Position numbers and translations under genes: made by a program
Part shown: one piece after another, positions 1 to 12,500 of the stretch
Layout: every line of letters begins with the position of its first letter
Position numbering within the stretch: position 1 is the first letter of the stretch
Notes under the pieces: model-generated
Database searches by the model: none
Seen by the model: only the letters and a program-made list of their open reading frames with translations
Told to the model about the DNA's origin: nothing
NCBI RefSeq assembly: GCF_009914755.1
Contig: NC_060931.1
Origin: the human T2T-CHM13v2.0 reference genome, Homo sapiens
Length of the DNA stretch: 64,000 bases
Strand: one strand, 5' to 3'

Positions 1-3000
1 TTAAATTTTAATAGAATATATAGTGAAAAATGAACATTTAGATTTAACTTTGAAATAAAGCATGATTTCGTTGTCATCTAAAAGTCATGCTTAACAATGT
101 CAAATGATTTGGGATCTTAATTTGTCAATGAGAGCTGTGGTTGATGCTTCCCAGTCTTGCAATGGATTCTCAATTGTTAGTGACAAGTAAATATATTAAG
201 CTCATGATATCATGTATTTTCCCAAGGATGTTGAAGACAGTTTGAGAAAGAGGGTGGAGTTTCTTGAAACAATTTGCCAATATGAAATACTGTACATATC
301 AAATTGGCCCTACTACCATCTTTCCCAGACCATTTATCATACCTCACAAATCCAGCCCACATTTTCTCTTTCTGAAAGACTTGACTAATAAAGAAGATGT
401 GGGCTTCAATCTGAACTTGTCAATCAATCTTAGTAACAAAGCAGTAATGATTTTCATCTATTAATGATTTATTTCAATAAAAAGCAATACATATGAATTT
501 ATTGCTAGTGTGAACCACAATTATTCACTGTCCAGATTCCATTCTCTATTTTCCGTATGTTGAGATGTTTCAAAAAGTTTTATCAAAGCGGGTCACAAGA
601 AAAAAAATCCATAGGAATAAATTTGAGAAAGCTGTCAGCTCTATCTGCTTTTCAGCTTCAAAAATAAATATAGTTTAAGGACATTTTTTCTCTCATCTGT
701 TCAACATATTGTACCAATTTTCATCAAAAAATTACAATTTCTAGGTGTGTGTCTCTAGATACCCTTAGAATTTCTGCTCTTTGACCCTGAGAGTAAATTG
801 ATCTTATGCACACCTGTCTTCCTAGGGAAACTTGCAAACTTGATTTTTGAGCCAAGCATCAAAGAGATATGATATTATTAGACAGTATAGAGCTCAGGTA
901 AAAAGTCCAGGAAGTATCTTGAAGTACTTGAAGTTTTGAAAGGGAAGTGATATCTGCAGTGAAGAGCTATTTAAAGTAGATCAAATGCTACAACTTACTT
1001 CTTCTTATTGTGTTTAAAAGGTCGGATCAGCTATAAAAATTTTAAGACAATATTTTTTCTCTGCCTTAAAATGGTTCTAAAGCCAAAAATTTTCTGGAAT
1101 CTGTATAGCAATTAAACAATTTTCCAAATAATGGGGACTAATTAAAAGGATATCTATGTTTAATTCTTTTCTCTAGAAGTTCTTTCTAAGAAAAAGGTAA
1201 TTTGTATGCCTAGAAGTGATTTGTTTTTGTTTTGCAGATGAAACACTGAATTATATAACCCTTGCCTGCACAAAATCCTCTCAATGTATGTGTAATACTT
1301 TGAAATATCAGGAAATGAAATCTTTTTATGAAATATTATTGTGGAGCATTTTAAGGCCAGAAATAGCAGACATTTTGGACTGTCAAGGAGCTTACGTCAA
1401 TTCATTGACTTAAATAACCTAATCTAGTAATAGTGGAATTGTCGTGTAGTTAATGCTGATATGAGATGGCCAGAATGGAAGGTAAACATAATTAATAAAT
1501 TATAGAGTCACACTTTTCTTCATAGTTCTAGTGAATATTTTAGAATTTGCTTCATTTACTGGTAAGATAAAGCTCTCGCTCAATTAAAAGTTACTTATCC
1601 TTTACTTCATTGAACAGCTGTTTTTCAACCAAATTTCAATGTCTTTGGGTCATAGAGTGAATTTTTTTTTTTGAAACTGAGCAATTACCCTCTTTTTCTA
1701 TGATTTTACATCTAAAGTTTACTACTACTAGACTTATTGAGATGACAAATAATGTGGAAAAAAGAGATTGAATGTTTGTTTTAATATACTGTAAATATAA
1801 ATTTGTAGTCCCTTTTTTGAGAGCTAGATAAATATAATGGCTTACTAGTATTAAAATTTACATATTGACTTTCCCACGTGGAGGAATCATACTCGTGAAA
1901 ACTTTGCTCAACTGAAGGTCTGTTCAGATATTACATCTGAGATGCAGAGCTGAAGTTCACACTGTTTTCTGATGGGCAGGACTTTCAGAGAGTAGTTCAA
2001 GTCTTTGCATGACATCAAACATGTGGATGATAGACTCAATTTTCCATATTTCATCCCAATGATTTGATGTCATATAGATGGAACTTATAAATCAACATCT
2101 GTTTTCGTTTAGGCAGAAATTTAAACTTTTCTGGCACTATTCTAGAAGGGTAATGGCTTGTTCTTGTATCCATTAGGAATCTGCCCATCTTTCTTGTGGG
2201 CACTGCAGTACTGGGTATTGGTTATCTAAACATCTATTCCAAAGAGCAGCACTACTGTCGTAAAGCCATAGGGAGGGTGGTGAGCTTATGAACGACAAAG
2301 CTTCTAGTGGGAAAGACTTACCAAAATGGCATTTGTCCCATTATCACTCATATCTCAACTTCAAAGTGGAGAGAAGAGGACAAAATAGATTATTCAGTCC
2401 CCATTTAAGCACAGCAGAATTGTAAATCTGCATCTCAATTTGAAGATATTTTTACATCCCAAAACACTTGTATGAAAGGCCATCAAGAAAATAACATGTA
2501 CACATTATCTTTCCCATTAAAGAAACATATTGTTGCACTTGAAAATAAAATGTTGGCTCGCCTAGGATGTATATTTTTAGCTGGTTCTTAACTCTTTTAA
2601 AATTAAAGTGATGCTGGAGTTACCGAAATGGACTGAATTTCAGAAACAAAAGAGCATTTTTACTGGAACAGAAGCCAAAAGCAAATAAATGAAGAAGAGC
2701 TCATTCAAACCCAAGAGCAAGAATAGAAGAGGCACAGATTTATAATTTGAAAGTTTTATTACCCAAAGAGATCTGGGTTTCTTATCCTTCTGTACTTTTA
2801 GTTTCAGAAAGTCTCCCAGAGCTGCCTCATTAGGCCTCTGATTTTGCTTTATATACCCATGTTGCCTCCCCTGTAGAAGTTTCTGACACTGTAGATTCTT
2901 TTATGTTTCAGTACTTCTAAAATGAAAACAGCACTGTAGAAATGATTCAGTGATGGCTTCCTTTCCGGTAAATATGACACCGTCGTAGTAGGTGAAACGG

Positions 3001-6000
3001 ACAGGAACAGAGATAATAAAATCTGACGTGTCATATTTTACTGACTCAGTTTCAATGAACTGATTACATTCTAAATCATTAGAAGAACTGAAGTCTGCCA
3101 AAAGTTTGTTAATATATACTATTTAGTTTGGTTTTTTGAGGGTGTGACAATTAATACAAATCAAATGATTGTATGTAGAATAAAAAAATTAATATGAAGG
3201 AAGGCTCACTCACCTGTTAATTTACTAGTCTCAATTTTTTTAATTAACAAATTAATATTATTTTGTCTCTCTTCTAAGATACACACAGAAGGGGAGAGAG
3301 AGGGTGAGTCTGGCACAGGTCTCTAAACATACTTTAGAAGAGAAAGAAATCCTCCCATTGTCAGAGCTGAGCATAAAATCTGCACCAAGTTTGAAGGGCT
3401 TATGTGGCCCAATTTAAAATTTTGTTGTTTTATAATAACTTTGGAGAATTGTATTGTTCCTTATAAAATACCCACATGTTCTCCTTTGGAATAGCTCCAG
3501 AGTGTAACTGAACCACGAGGTTGCCTCCTGGTGCTTTATGTATTGTTTAATTGTTTGCTTTGGTGGATGTTTTTATTAAAAGCTTATTATTTAGGATAAG
3601 ACCAAAGTGTCATTTTAAGAACAACAGAAGCAGAGCTGTTTGGTCTCATAGTTCTTTTTCATAGGTGTGTTAGTGAATACTAGATACAGCTAATGAACCA
3701 GCTGAAAATTGTTCTTGTAATACTTCACAAAGAGCAACAACGACAACAAGCAAAACCCTTGATTTTTATTTTCCTTCAATAAAACATGACCAGATTGGCT
3801 AGAAGAGCTAGGAGTCTCCATGGCTGTGTCCAGGCCTCGAAGGAAGAGAGGTATCTGTGGGTGCGCATCTGCTCTGTCTGTGTTTTGTTCCAGGAGGAGT
3901 TTGCTTGGAGTCACGTGCACTGTGGTACACAAGGCCATAGCAAACCTCAGGAGCTGGGAGGCAGTGAAGCCCCTGTGTCACAAGGGCCGTAGTGGGCTTC
4001 CTGGGGTGTGTACCAAGCCTACGAAGGCTTTAGTGGATCTCAGAACTACAAAGTTCTTCATGTCCTCCCTCTGCCCACAATTTGATTGCAAGATAATTAT
4101 CTTAGCTGAGATCATTCTGAATATAAATTAGGTCTGGGAAAAGTTTTTAATTCAATGATTTTAATTCTCAATGTTCTTCTCCTCCCTGAATATTTTCTTT
4201 TCTGAAGCAGTATCACCATATCACTCACCGACTCCTCAGAAGTTGGCTCTGGAAAGAATTCATAATGTTCCCTAGCAGTTCCTTGCCACAAAGAGCAAGC
4301 AAGAGTTTGATTAGTCCATGACTTCCCAAGCTAGTCTTTGTGACTGGGACCCACCCTCAGACAAAAAACTTAAAGGCAATATACCTTGAGATAATTTCTA
4401 GGACTTACATGACCTCATTAAATTCCGACTCTAGATCTTATGTAGACATTTGAGGAAATATGGTTATTGACAAAATGTAAGCCCATTATAGACTATATCA
4501 CTTCAAAAGGAGAAAGGCCATTAGAACATAATTACATCAGAAACAGTATACACGTTTGGCTGGTTTATAAACTGTCACTTTCAGAAGTACGAAGACTTAT
4601 AAAAGTTTCCAAAGGTTCCATTATAACCCTATTTCCAACAGTATTCTCTGACAAACTAAATAAATTACTGCATGTATTGGACCTTTGAGGCTTGGGGCAA
4701 AGAATGGAAAAATTATTTACAAAAGCTTGAAAATATTTAATCACTAGAGGCAGGGGGGCAACGGTGTTTTAATTAGCAGGTCCTCGGGCCATTGGCTGAC
4801 TAGAGGCTTTCTCAAACAACCACACAAATGCACTGAATAGCTGTTTGCCAGCCTTAGGGTCAGGCCTGAGATGAAACAGATAAGATAATTGGCTCTAATG
4901 AAATCCAGAAGGCCTTGGCTTTCTTGTTTGAGCTTGGATTTGAAAAGTGCGTGTGGAAGTGAGGCTTAATTCAAACCAGAACTGAGCTAGGCCCGTTTCT
5001 CAGTGACTTTGATATTGTTTGAAGTTCTAAAAGTGTTCGCCACACCACTAGCCTGCTGGGCTGGGCCTCCCTGGTACCCTTAATTACTAAGCTTTATTGC
5101 TGACTTTACTACACAGGAAAGGGGCCATTATATGTTCCATCAACATCAGCTCTTCTCAGATTGGAGGAAAGGGCAGGGTTAAAGGCCACTGTAGGAAGGC
5201 AAAAACTTCACTTTGAGGTAGTCAGATCATTTACCAGTGTTGAATTTCACCGTTACGCACATACATTCCTTACAACACAGAAGCCCCAATTTCCATTTTT
5301 TAAACAAGTGATTACTTTTCAAAACATTTTTGTTTGTGCCTTTTTTTCTTTTTCCTTTCTTTTTTTTAGAGAGAACGTTTATTTTTAAGGACTGAAATGA
5401 TTGCACATGATACACTGAAAAAAAAGAGTACAACACCTCCCAATTAATCATCACACCAGAAGGTCTGGTTGGATTCTGTAATAAGGAGGATTATTATTAA
5501 TGCCCCTTTGAAGTGGAAATAAGTGAGGAACCCTCCTGTGGTGTGAGAGTTGTCCTGACACCCTGAGGAATAAAGACGCCTCAGGAGACTCTACAAAATT
5601 AAATCCCAGCTTCTAGAGTCTCTCACAAAGTGGTTACACAAAAGTGCTCCCAAACCAGTTTGAAGCCAAGAAGCAAAAACGAGGAAGTCTCCCCCTGAGG
5701 GGTCAGCTGTGGTGTTACTGAGGATTCCATCCTCCCCATTCTGGCCGCTGCTCTGCCTTTGGTCCAACTGGTAAAATGGATTATGCATACATATGAATTA
5801 GTAACTATTCAACACTTACCCCTCTCAGATGAGGAGATCTGGTTATGCTATGAAAGCCAAGGGACACGGAGTCCAGTCCTATTTCCTGCCCTATTTATCA
5901 CCTCTGGTTAGGAAAGTCATGAGCGATTCTATCAGACTTAACTCGTTATGAAAGAACAAGTTGAGTATATTTTGCATTATTTAAGTAAACTTGACATTAA

Positions 6001-6317
6001 TATGATCCAATTTCATCCATGATCCTGCTAACCATTTATCCAATACTCTTTTCTGGGTATTGTTATGCACAGGTGGACTGGGTCCTAGGTCTCCACTAGG
6101 ATGATGTGTGTCTGGGCCTAAGGAACCATATTAGGAACCCAGGGAGACCAGTATTAGGAAGACAAAACTGAGCTTCTGCTTCCTAACCTTTCCTAAGCGG
6201 AATTAAGGAGGCCCTATACAAATTTTTGCCAGTGATGAACATGATATCAGCTCTGATCAGAAGAAGAATCTGATCATACTCAGCTCGTTTTAAGTATGTA
6301 TGTTTTTCATTAGGCAC

Positions 6318-6704
6318 TGTTATTGTCTAAATGTTTGTGTTCCCCCAAAACATGTATGTTGAACCCCTAACCCTCAATGTGATGGTGTTTGGAGCTGGGG
6401 CCTGTGGGTGGCAATTAGGGTTAGATGGAATCTTGAGGGTAGGTGCCCTTATGAGCAGTGACACCAGAGAGCTTGCTTCCTTGCTCTCTCTCCATGCACA
6501 CACACCGAGGCAAGGCTATGGGTGCACGCAGCGAGATAGGGCTGGTTGTAATCCGGTGAGAGCGCTCTCATCAGGGCCCAACCATCCTGGCACACTGACC
6601 TCAAACTTCTAGCCACCAGAACTGTGAGAAACTAAGTTTATGTTGTTTAAACTACTCACCTGGTGGTATTTCTTTTTTAATGGCAACCTGAGCAGAATAA
6701 GACA
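6318..6704 (+). mobile_element. MaLR solo LTR, MLT1A-like
   Basis: TG...CA ends, MLT1A-type body (aatgtttgtgttccccc...aatgtgatggtgtttgga...ccagaactgtgagaaa), near-TSD ggcac/gacac. Confidence 0.85.
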
Positions 6705-8683
6705 GACACTATAAAGATCTTTAATATGAGAAACCAAGCAACCCACTAATGGACTTAAATTACCAAAAAAAGTATCTTCCAAACCATATTTTGCTAAACA
6801 CTGGATACAAGAAATGTTAATAAGTGTTTCTCAACAATAAAGAATATCCTATAGGGAAAAATCTCTAATTGAAGACATATAATATGTAAATTCATGTTAA
6901 CAACTGCAGGAATTCCAGTAGTAATTTTACATTATTTAATGCATTCTTCCTCAAATTATTTGAACATGAAACTCCCAGCTCCCCACATCTCTTCACCCAA
7001 CATCTGTAAGTATCATGAAAACTAACATTCTATAGAACACAGTTTGAAAAATTCTGATAGATATAAGTAGCAAACTTAGTGGGCATTTTAAACAGTCCAT
7101 CGCTAATTCAGTAAACATGATAAAAGTAAGTAAAACACATCTGCCCCTAAGATTCTCACAGTCACTTTAGTAAAATAAGTACATTATATTACATGTCATT
7201 ATAATATTGTGTTATCACATAAACTGAGCATACCACAATCCATATTCTACGGACTGTCTTCTCCTTTTTCCACTGATTACATGTGAGTGGTTCTTAGATA
7301 ACACACCCTAAAGACAAAGAAAGAAAGGAAGAGAAACAGAATTAACAAGAGAGGGAAAAGAGTGTCAGTTTCCTTTGCTATGACTATTAAATGACTCAGT
7401 GAATTTTCTTAGGGTAAAGTTACTGCCATTCAAAATTATAGTAAATTGGTAATATTTTACAGTCATATATTTTTTGTTTCAGCTGAGTATATTTTGTTTC
7501 AGCTTAAGTATGGGCACATATCTCCCACACTTTTTTAGATCAGATATGACACATAAAAAAGATGGCTTTGGTTTTTTAAAAACTCTTACAATTAGCAACT
7601 AATGGCAGTGTGAACATATAATTGGTTTTATAGGTAAATCAATTTGTCGACTTACAAACTTTTAAGACTTCATTTGTTATTCATAACTACATTTTGCTGA
7701 GGAAAAAAATACTTGTTTATGTCAAAAAGGGGAGAATTTCCATTAAGTTCATACTCTCCATGATGAGAAAGCACACCCCGAAATAAGACATTAAATGTTA
7801 GAATGTATTACTTTTCCTGGTTAGAAAAGAACTTGGCTTTGGGAGTGGACCCTATGCGTATCATGGTGTGGCAATGCCATTTTGTTTCCAAAGATAACAT
7901 TTGTAGATGTACAGATGTCCTGAACTTTATTAAACCACAGCTGTGGTTATCACATATTTATTCAAAAGATATTACAGCTATCAAAGCAGTATGTCAGCAA
8001 AGTCCTTAGTAGTTTGCTTAAATTGCCCTTTCATTTTACTGTATCTGTAAGTATTCAACCAATGTCTTTAAAAGCCTGAGTAAAAAAAAAAAAAAAAAAA
8101 GAAAACACAAATAAGCAAACACGAAGCATTATTTACATGGAAGCATTCAGAAATCATGAATAGCATTATCACAAATGAGTTATGACATTTTATAGGTTCA
8201 CAAAAACGAGAGAGAGAAAAAATACTTTCCTTGAATAGCACAAAAGCATGCAGCTTTCTTTAGCACATTGATTCTTATTCCAACGATCTGAATGTGGAGT
8301 GTGCTTGGCCAATGATGATGTGGCTGAAATATGCAATATTTATGAGGCACAGACCCTTGTACTTCTTGTTCGAGGAGAGGCAGAAGTGTGACAATGTCCT
8401 TCCAAAAATGAAAGCGTAGGGGAGGATTCTTCCCTGGAATAAACCTACAGAATGCTTTCTTCTGTGGACCATTAGTAGATTTTTTCCTGAGCCAAACATA
8501 ATGAAGAAGTATTTTTTATCTCAAAGCTCAAAACCTCTGCATCTATTGTCATATTGTATTTGTCCTCAAATATCCTTATGAATTGGACATGATACTTCTG
8601 AAAATCACACAGGAAATTATTCACATGTCTAGAATAGAGGCTTCCCTCGCCATTAATTCAAAATGGGAAACCGAGTGCATTCC

Positions 8684-9038
8684 TGTCTTGCTTCATTAAG
8701 GCTGCTGTCACAACATATCATGGACTGGATGGCCCATAAACAACAGAAATGTATTTTGTACACTTCTGGAGGCTGAGAAGCCCAAGATTCAGGCGTCAGC
8801 AGAATCAATGTCTGTTGAGGGCTGCTTTCTGGTTCATAGATGGCACCTTCTAGCTAAATCCTCACATGGTGGAAGGGTGAGGCAACTCTGTAGGTTTTCT
8901 TTCACAAGGGCACTAATCCCGTTCTTGAGGGCTCTGCTCCCATGGTCTAATCACCTTCCAAAGGCCCCACCTCCTAATATCCGTCTGGGTTAGGATTTTG
9001 ACATGTGAATTTATAGGGGACACATTTAGGCCATAGCA
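8684..9038 (-). mobile_element. MaLR solo LTR, MLT1A0-like
   Basis: aaacaacagaaatgtatt...ttctggaggctgagaagcccaagat...taatcaccttccaaaggccccacctcctaata...ccatagca; near-TSD attcc/attgc. Confidence 0.85.
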
Positions 9039-9203
9039 ATTGCCAAGACAAACATGAGTGGATTTTGAAGAGTAGTGAGAATTAACCAATTCTTGTGGTT
9101 GCAGTGCTTCCCTTTGCCTAGCAGCAGCAGGTCTCTGCTCTCACCAGATTTCCATGAGGAGCAGCTGAGCTGCAGTATCTATTCGCTCTACTTTCTTGGG
9201 TGC

Positions 9204-9570
9204 TGATACGGTTTGGCTCTGAGTCCCCACCTGAATCTCATCTCGAATTGTAATCCCCATGTGTCGAGGGAGGGACCTGGTGGGAGGTGATTGGATCATG
9301 GGGGCGATTTCCCCACGCTGTTCTCATTATAGTGCTTGAGCTCTCACGAGATCTAATGGTTTAAAAGTGTTTGGCAGCTCCTCCTTTGCTCTCTGTGTCT
9401 CCTGCTGCCGTGTATGAAGTGCCTTGCTTCTCCTTCGCGTTCCGCCATGATTGTAAGTTTCCTGAGGCCTCCCCAGCAATGTGGAAGTGTGAGTCAATTA
9501 AACCTCTTTTCTTTATAAATTACCCAGTCTCGGGTAGTTCTGTATAGCAGTGACAAAACGGACTGATACA
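9204..9570 (+). mobile_element. MaLR solo LTR, THE1D-like
   Basis: tgatacggtttggct...aaacctcttttctttataaattacccagtctc...gactgataca; perfect 5-bp TSD GGTGC (9199-9203, 9571-9575). Confidence 0.92.
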
Positions 9571-12500
9571 GGTGCTCTACGTTCGTATTACCTCTTAGTA
9601 ATTATCGTCTTTTATTTGCCTTCCCATGAAACTGCATTTTTAATTTTCAAAGAGTGGACTTGAAAGGTTAAGAACACATTTGTACGATGTGCTTTTCCTG
9701 AAATGTTAGTTAGTATAGTGATTTATATTAAATCATCCAATCTACTTTTTAAAATTCCATTAACACCAAATGTCTAATTATTCCTGTCTTGTAAACTGCA
9801 TTTATGAAAGCAAACCATTTTCCGTTTTTCTTTCTTTTACGGAAACATCCAATCAAAGTTGGTTTCCTGAATATTTAGATTCATTAGACTTTCTTCATTT
9901 GTAAAACTATAGGAGCAGCTACTCAGCAATGCCTTCTTCGCTCCTTGCAGGCAGGTAGGTGCCTGTGTGGGAAATACCTTAGGAACCAAGGATTGTTGGA
10001 AACTTGTCTTTAGAGACAGTCCTTCTAACAAGGCTGCTGAGGGGTGCAGAAATGGTACACCTCTGTTCTGGCTGCTTGATCAGTGTCTCAATTTAGCCTT
10101 TGGTGCTTTGAGGTATCTTTCATGTGCGTAAAGCTGCCTTACAAGTAGCTGACTTTCTCCCATGTGCTTAACTGAGCTAGTTGCTGTGGAGAAAAATGCA
10201 GAAGCATGTAACAGTCGGGGCTGGGAGTGAGAATCACTACAAGACAATTAGAGAATGAGCAAAGCCTGATATATTGACCATGCACTAGGAGAACAAAGAT
10301 AAGGGAAAGGACTCTTAATCCAAGTCTTGTGAGTAGCCCAGTGTCCTCCTGGCATGTCCAGGAACTTGAGGACGATTAGAGTCAGGCGAGGAGGCGGAGG
10401 ATTATAGACATACTATCATTCCTATTCTGAGGCCAGGCCTGATTTGTGGGTGTTAATCTTGTACAATTACAGAAACTCTCTTTCAAAGAAATAATACAAA
10501 GGCAAAAATTCAAAAATAGGTACAGGGACTTGGAAAAGGTCCATGTGAGTGAGGGACTTTGAAAATTAAGATTCATTAGCTTTATGGTAAATATGCCTTG
10601 GTACATATAGTCCTAACACCTTGTATTGCCATTAATTGGAGTGAAACAATGGACACTGCACCATGGAATGAGCCTTAAGTAAAATTAATGGCTATGCTGG
10701 GTAGTGAAGAGAAACAGACAAATTCTGCAAAGGTGGGGGATTTCTTAGAGAAACTGCACTGACAGGGAATGATCTTGACATAAAAATTCAACTGGGATAC
10801 ATTTTTCATCTGAGGGCACATGCTGAGGAGATCAAAGTAAAGGAGCTTTTTTTTTTTCCCTCTCTTTCTTTCCAGTGTATGTTAAGGTAGATTTTTAAAA
10901 ATATATATAAGAAGAAAGGATCCATCGAGGAAAAATAATGAAGTCAATCCAAACCAAACAAATCATAGTAGGGGTGCGGGGAGCAACCAGTATTTACATG
11001 GGGAGCGCACACTCTTCTTTTGGGTTTGGTGTGAAGGGTCTTCACCTGTTTGTGAAAGTGTTCAGAATGTGGACTGAGGCTAGTCCCTGAGTCGGCCTGG
11101 CTCCGACTTTCCACCGAAGGGGTAGAGTTGCTTTAATGTGGTTCACGTGTATGGTGTTTCATCTTAAGCAGAGTGATTTATGTTAATGAAATGAAACAGA
11201 AAAAATACCCTTTACATCCTAGTCTCCTTAAAAATATTAAATAAATATGTCCAGGACTTTTGCATGATTATATTTATTAAAACAAATGGAAGACTTCAAT
11301 CCATACCAGAATAAATTTGTAGGTGACCCTGGGGAGGGTTAAATCCATTAGGAAAAAAAAATGAGTTTGGGGGTTTCTTACCAATTCTGAAAAGAAAGTT
11401 TTTAAAGCCATTAAGTTCAGCAATATAATAGATGGTTACAAAATGAGCATCAATTGTAAGATAATTTGTTCTGTAATTTAGAATATTGTTTTGTTTGGCT
11501 TCTGAAAATTTAATCCCCAAATCATGGTTCACAAAATATATTCAGAACATCTTTATAAATTGAATACTAGACTTCTTACTGTGTTAATGAGAATTAAGCA
11601 TGTGCCATCTTTAAAGTACCTATTTGAAACTGTTATAATTTAAGAGTTCAGCTTTTAATTGTTTGTCATAACTGTTCTACTAATACAGAACTAGTCATTT
11701 TAATAGAACTTAAGGGCAGCAGAATCTTTTCAACTCTTAGATTTCATTAGCGTGCATTTACCTATACCTTTACAACATGATTATATAATTAAATTTCAAG
11801 GAAATTAAATTAGCCAAATGAATACATTTTAAAAAATTAGTTGATTGGCATTTTTCTCAGAAGTTACCTATCTGATGACAAACATTAGACATAAGAATAA
11901 TTCACATGTCTGGTTATCTTAAGTGTTGATTGAATTGTAATTTATCCAGCTGACTGTAATATTTAGTAAAAGTGGAATTAGCCAAGGAAAATGTAGTTCA
12001 CTTGCTTGGAACATAGTGACATACTCTTAATTCCTCTAGTATAAATAAATAGACATCTATTTTTGAAATACTTTTTAAAAACAAGGTTAAGAAAGTAATA
12101 CAATAAAACTTCTATTTTAAAAATCTTTCTGTTCATTGCTATGTGGGAAGACTTCACCAGAAATGTACCAGAAATTTTCCTTAATGTGATGTACCTGTGG
12201 GTATTTGGCAAGCATGTCACTTGGCAGATAGTTGCTAATATGGAGCACAAGAAAATGAAATGTAAGGGTACTTTTAAAACACATTCCTGAGAAATGCTTA
12301 GCTCTATCTGCCAGGTGATATATCATTTACTGTCATATATTGGCAGCTGAAAAACTGAATTTTATTTTTGCTGTCTTGGCTACAGATATTATGTAAATTA
12401 TATTCTTATGGGGTTCAAGGTAGTGATCATGATTGTAATGACGTTGATAATGGTCATTTAATCAATACAGAGTCTGTCGGTGTATCTTACTGCAAAGAAA

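Noticed and set aside
1238-1285. 48-nt poison exon after a strong acceptor (ttttgttttgcag)
   Set aside because: Donor AAT|gtatgt is weak and there is no independent support.
9465-9485. PRDM9 hotspot motif in the THE1 LTR
   Set aside because: Reads CCTCCCCAGCAAT, not CCTCCCTNNCCAC.
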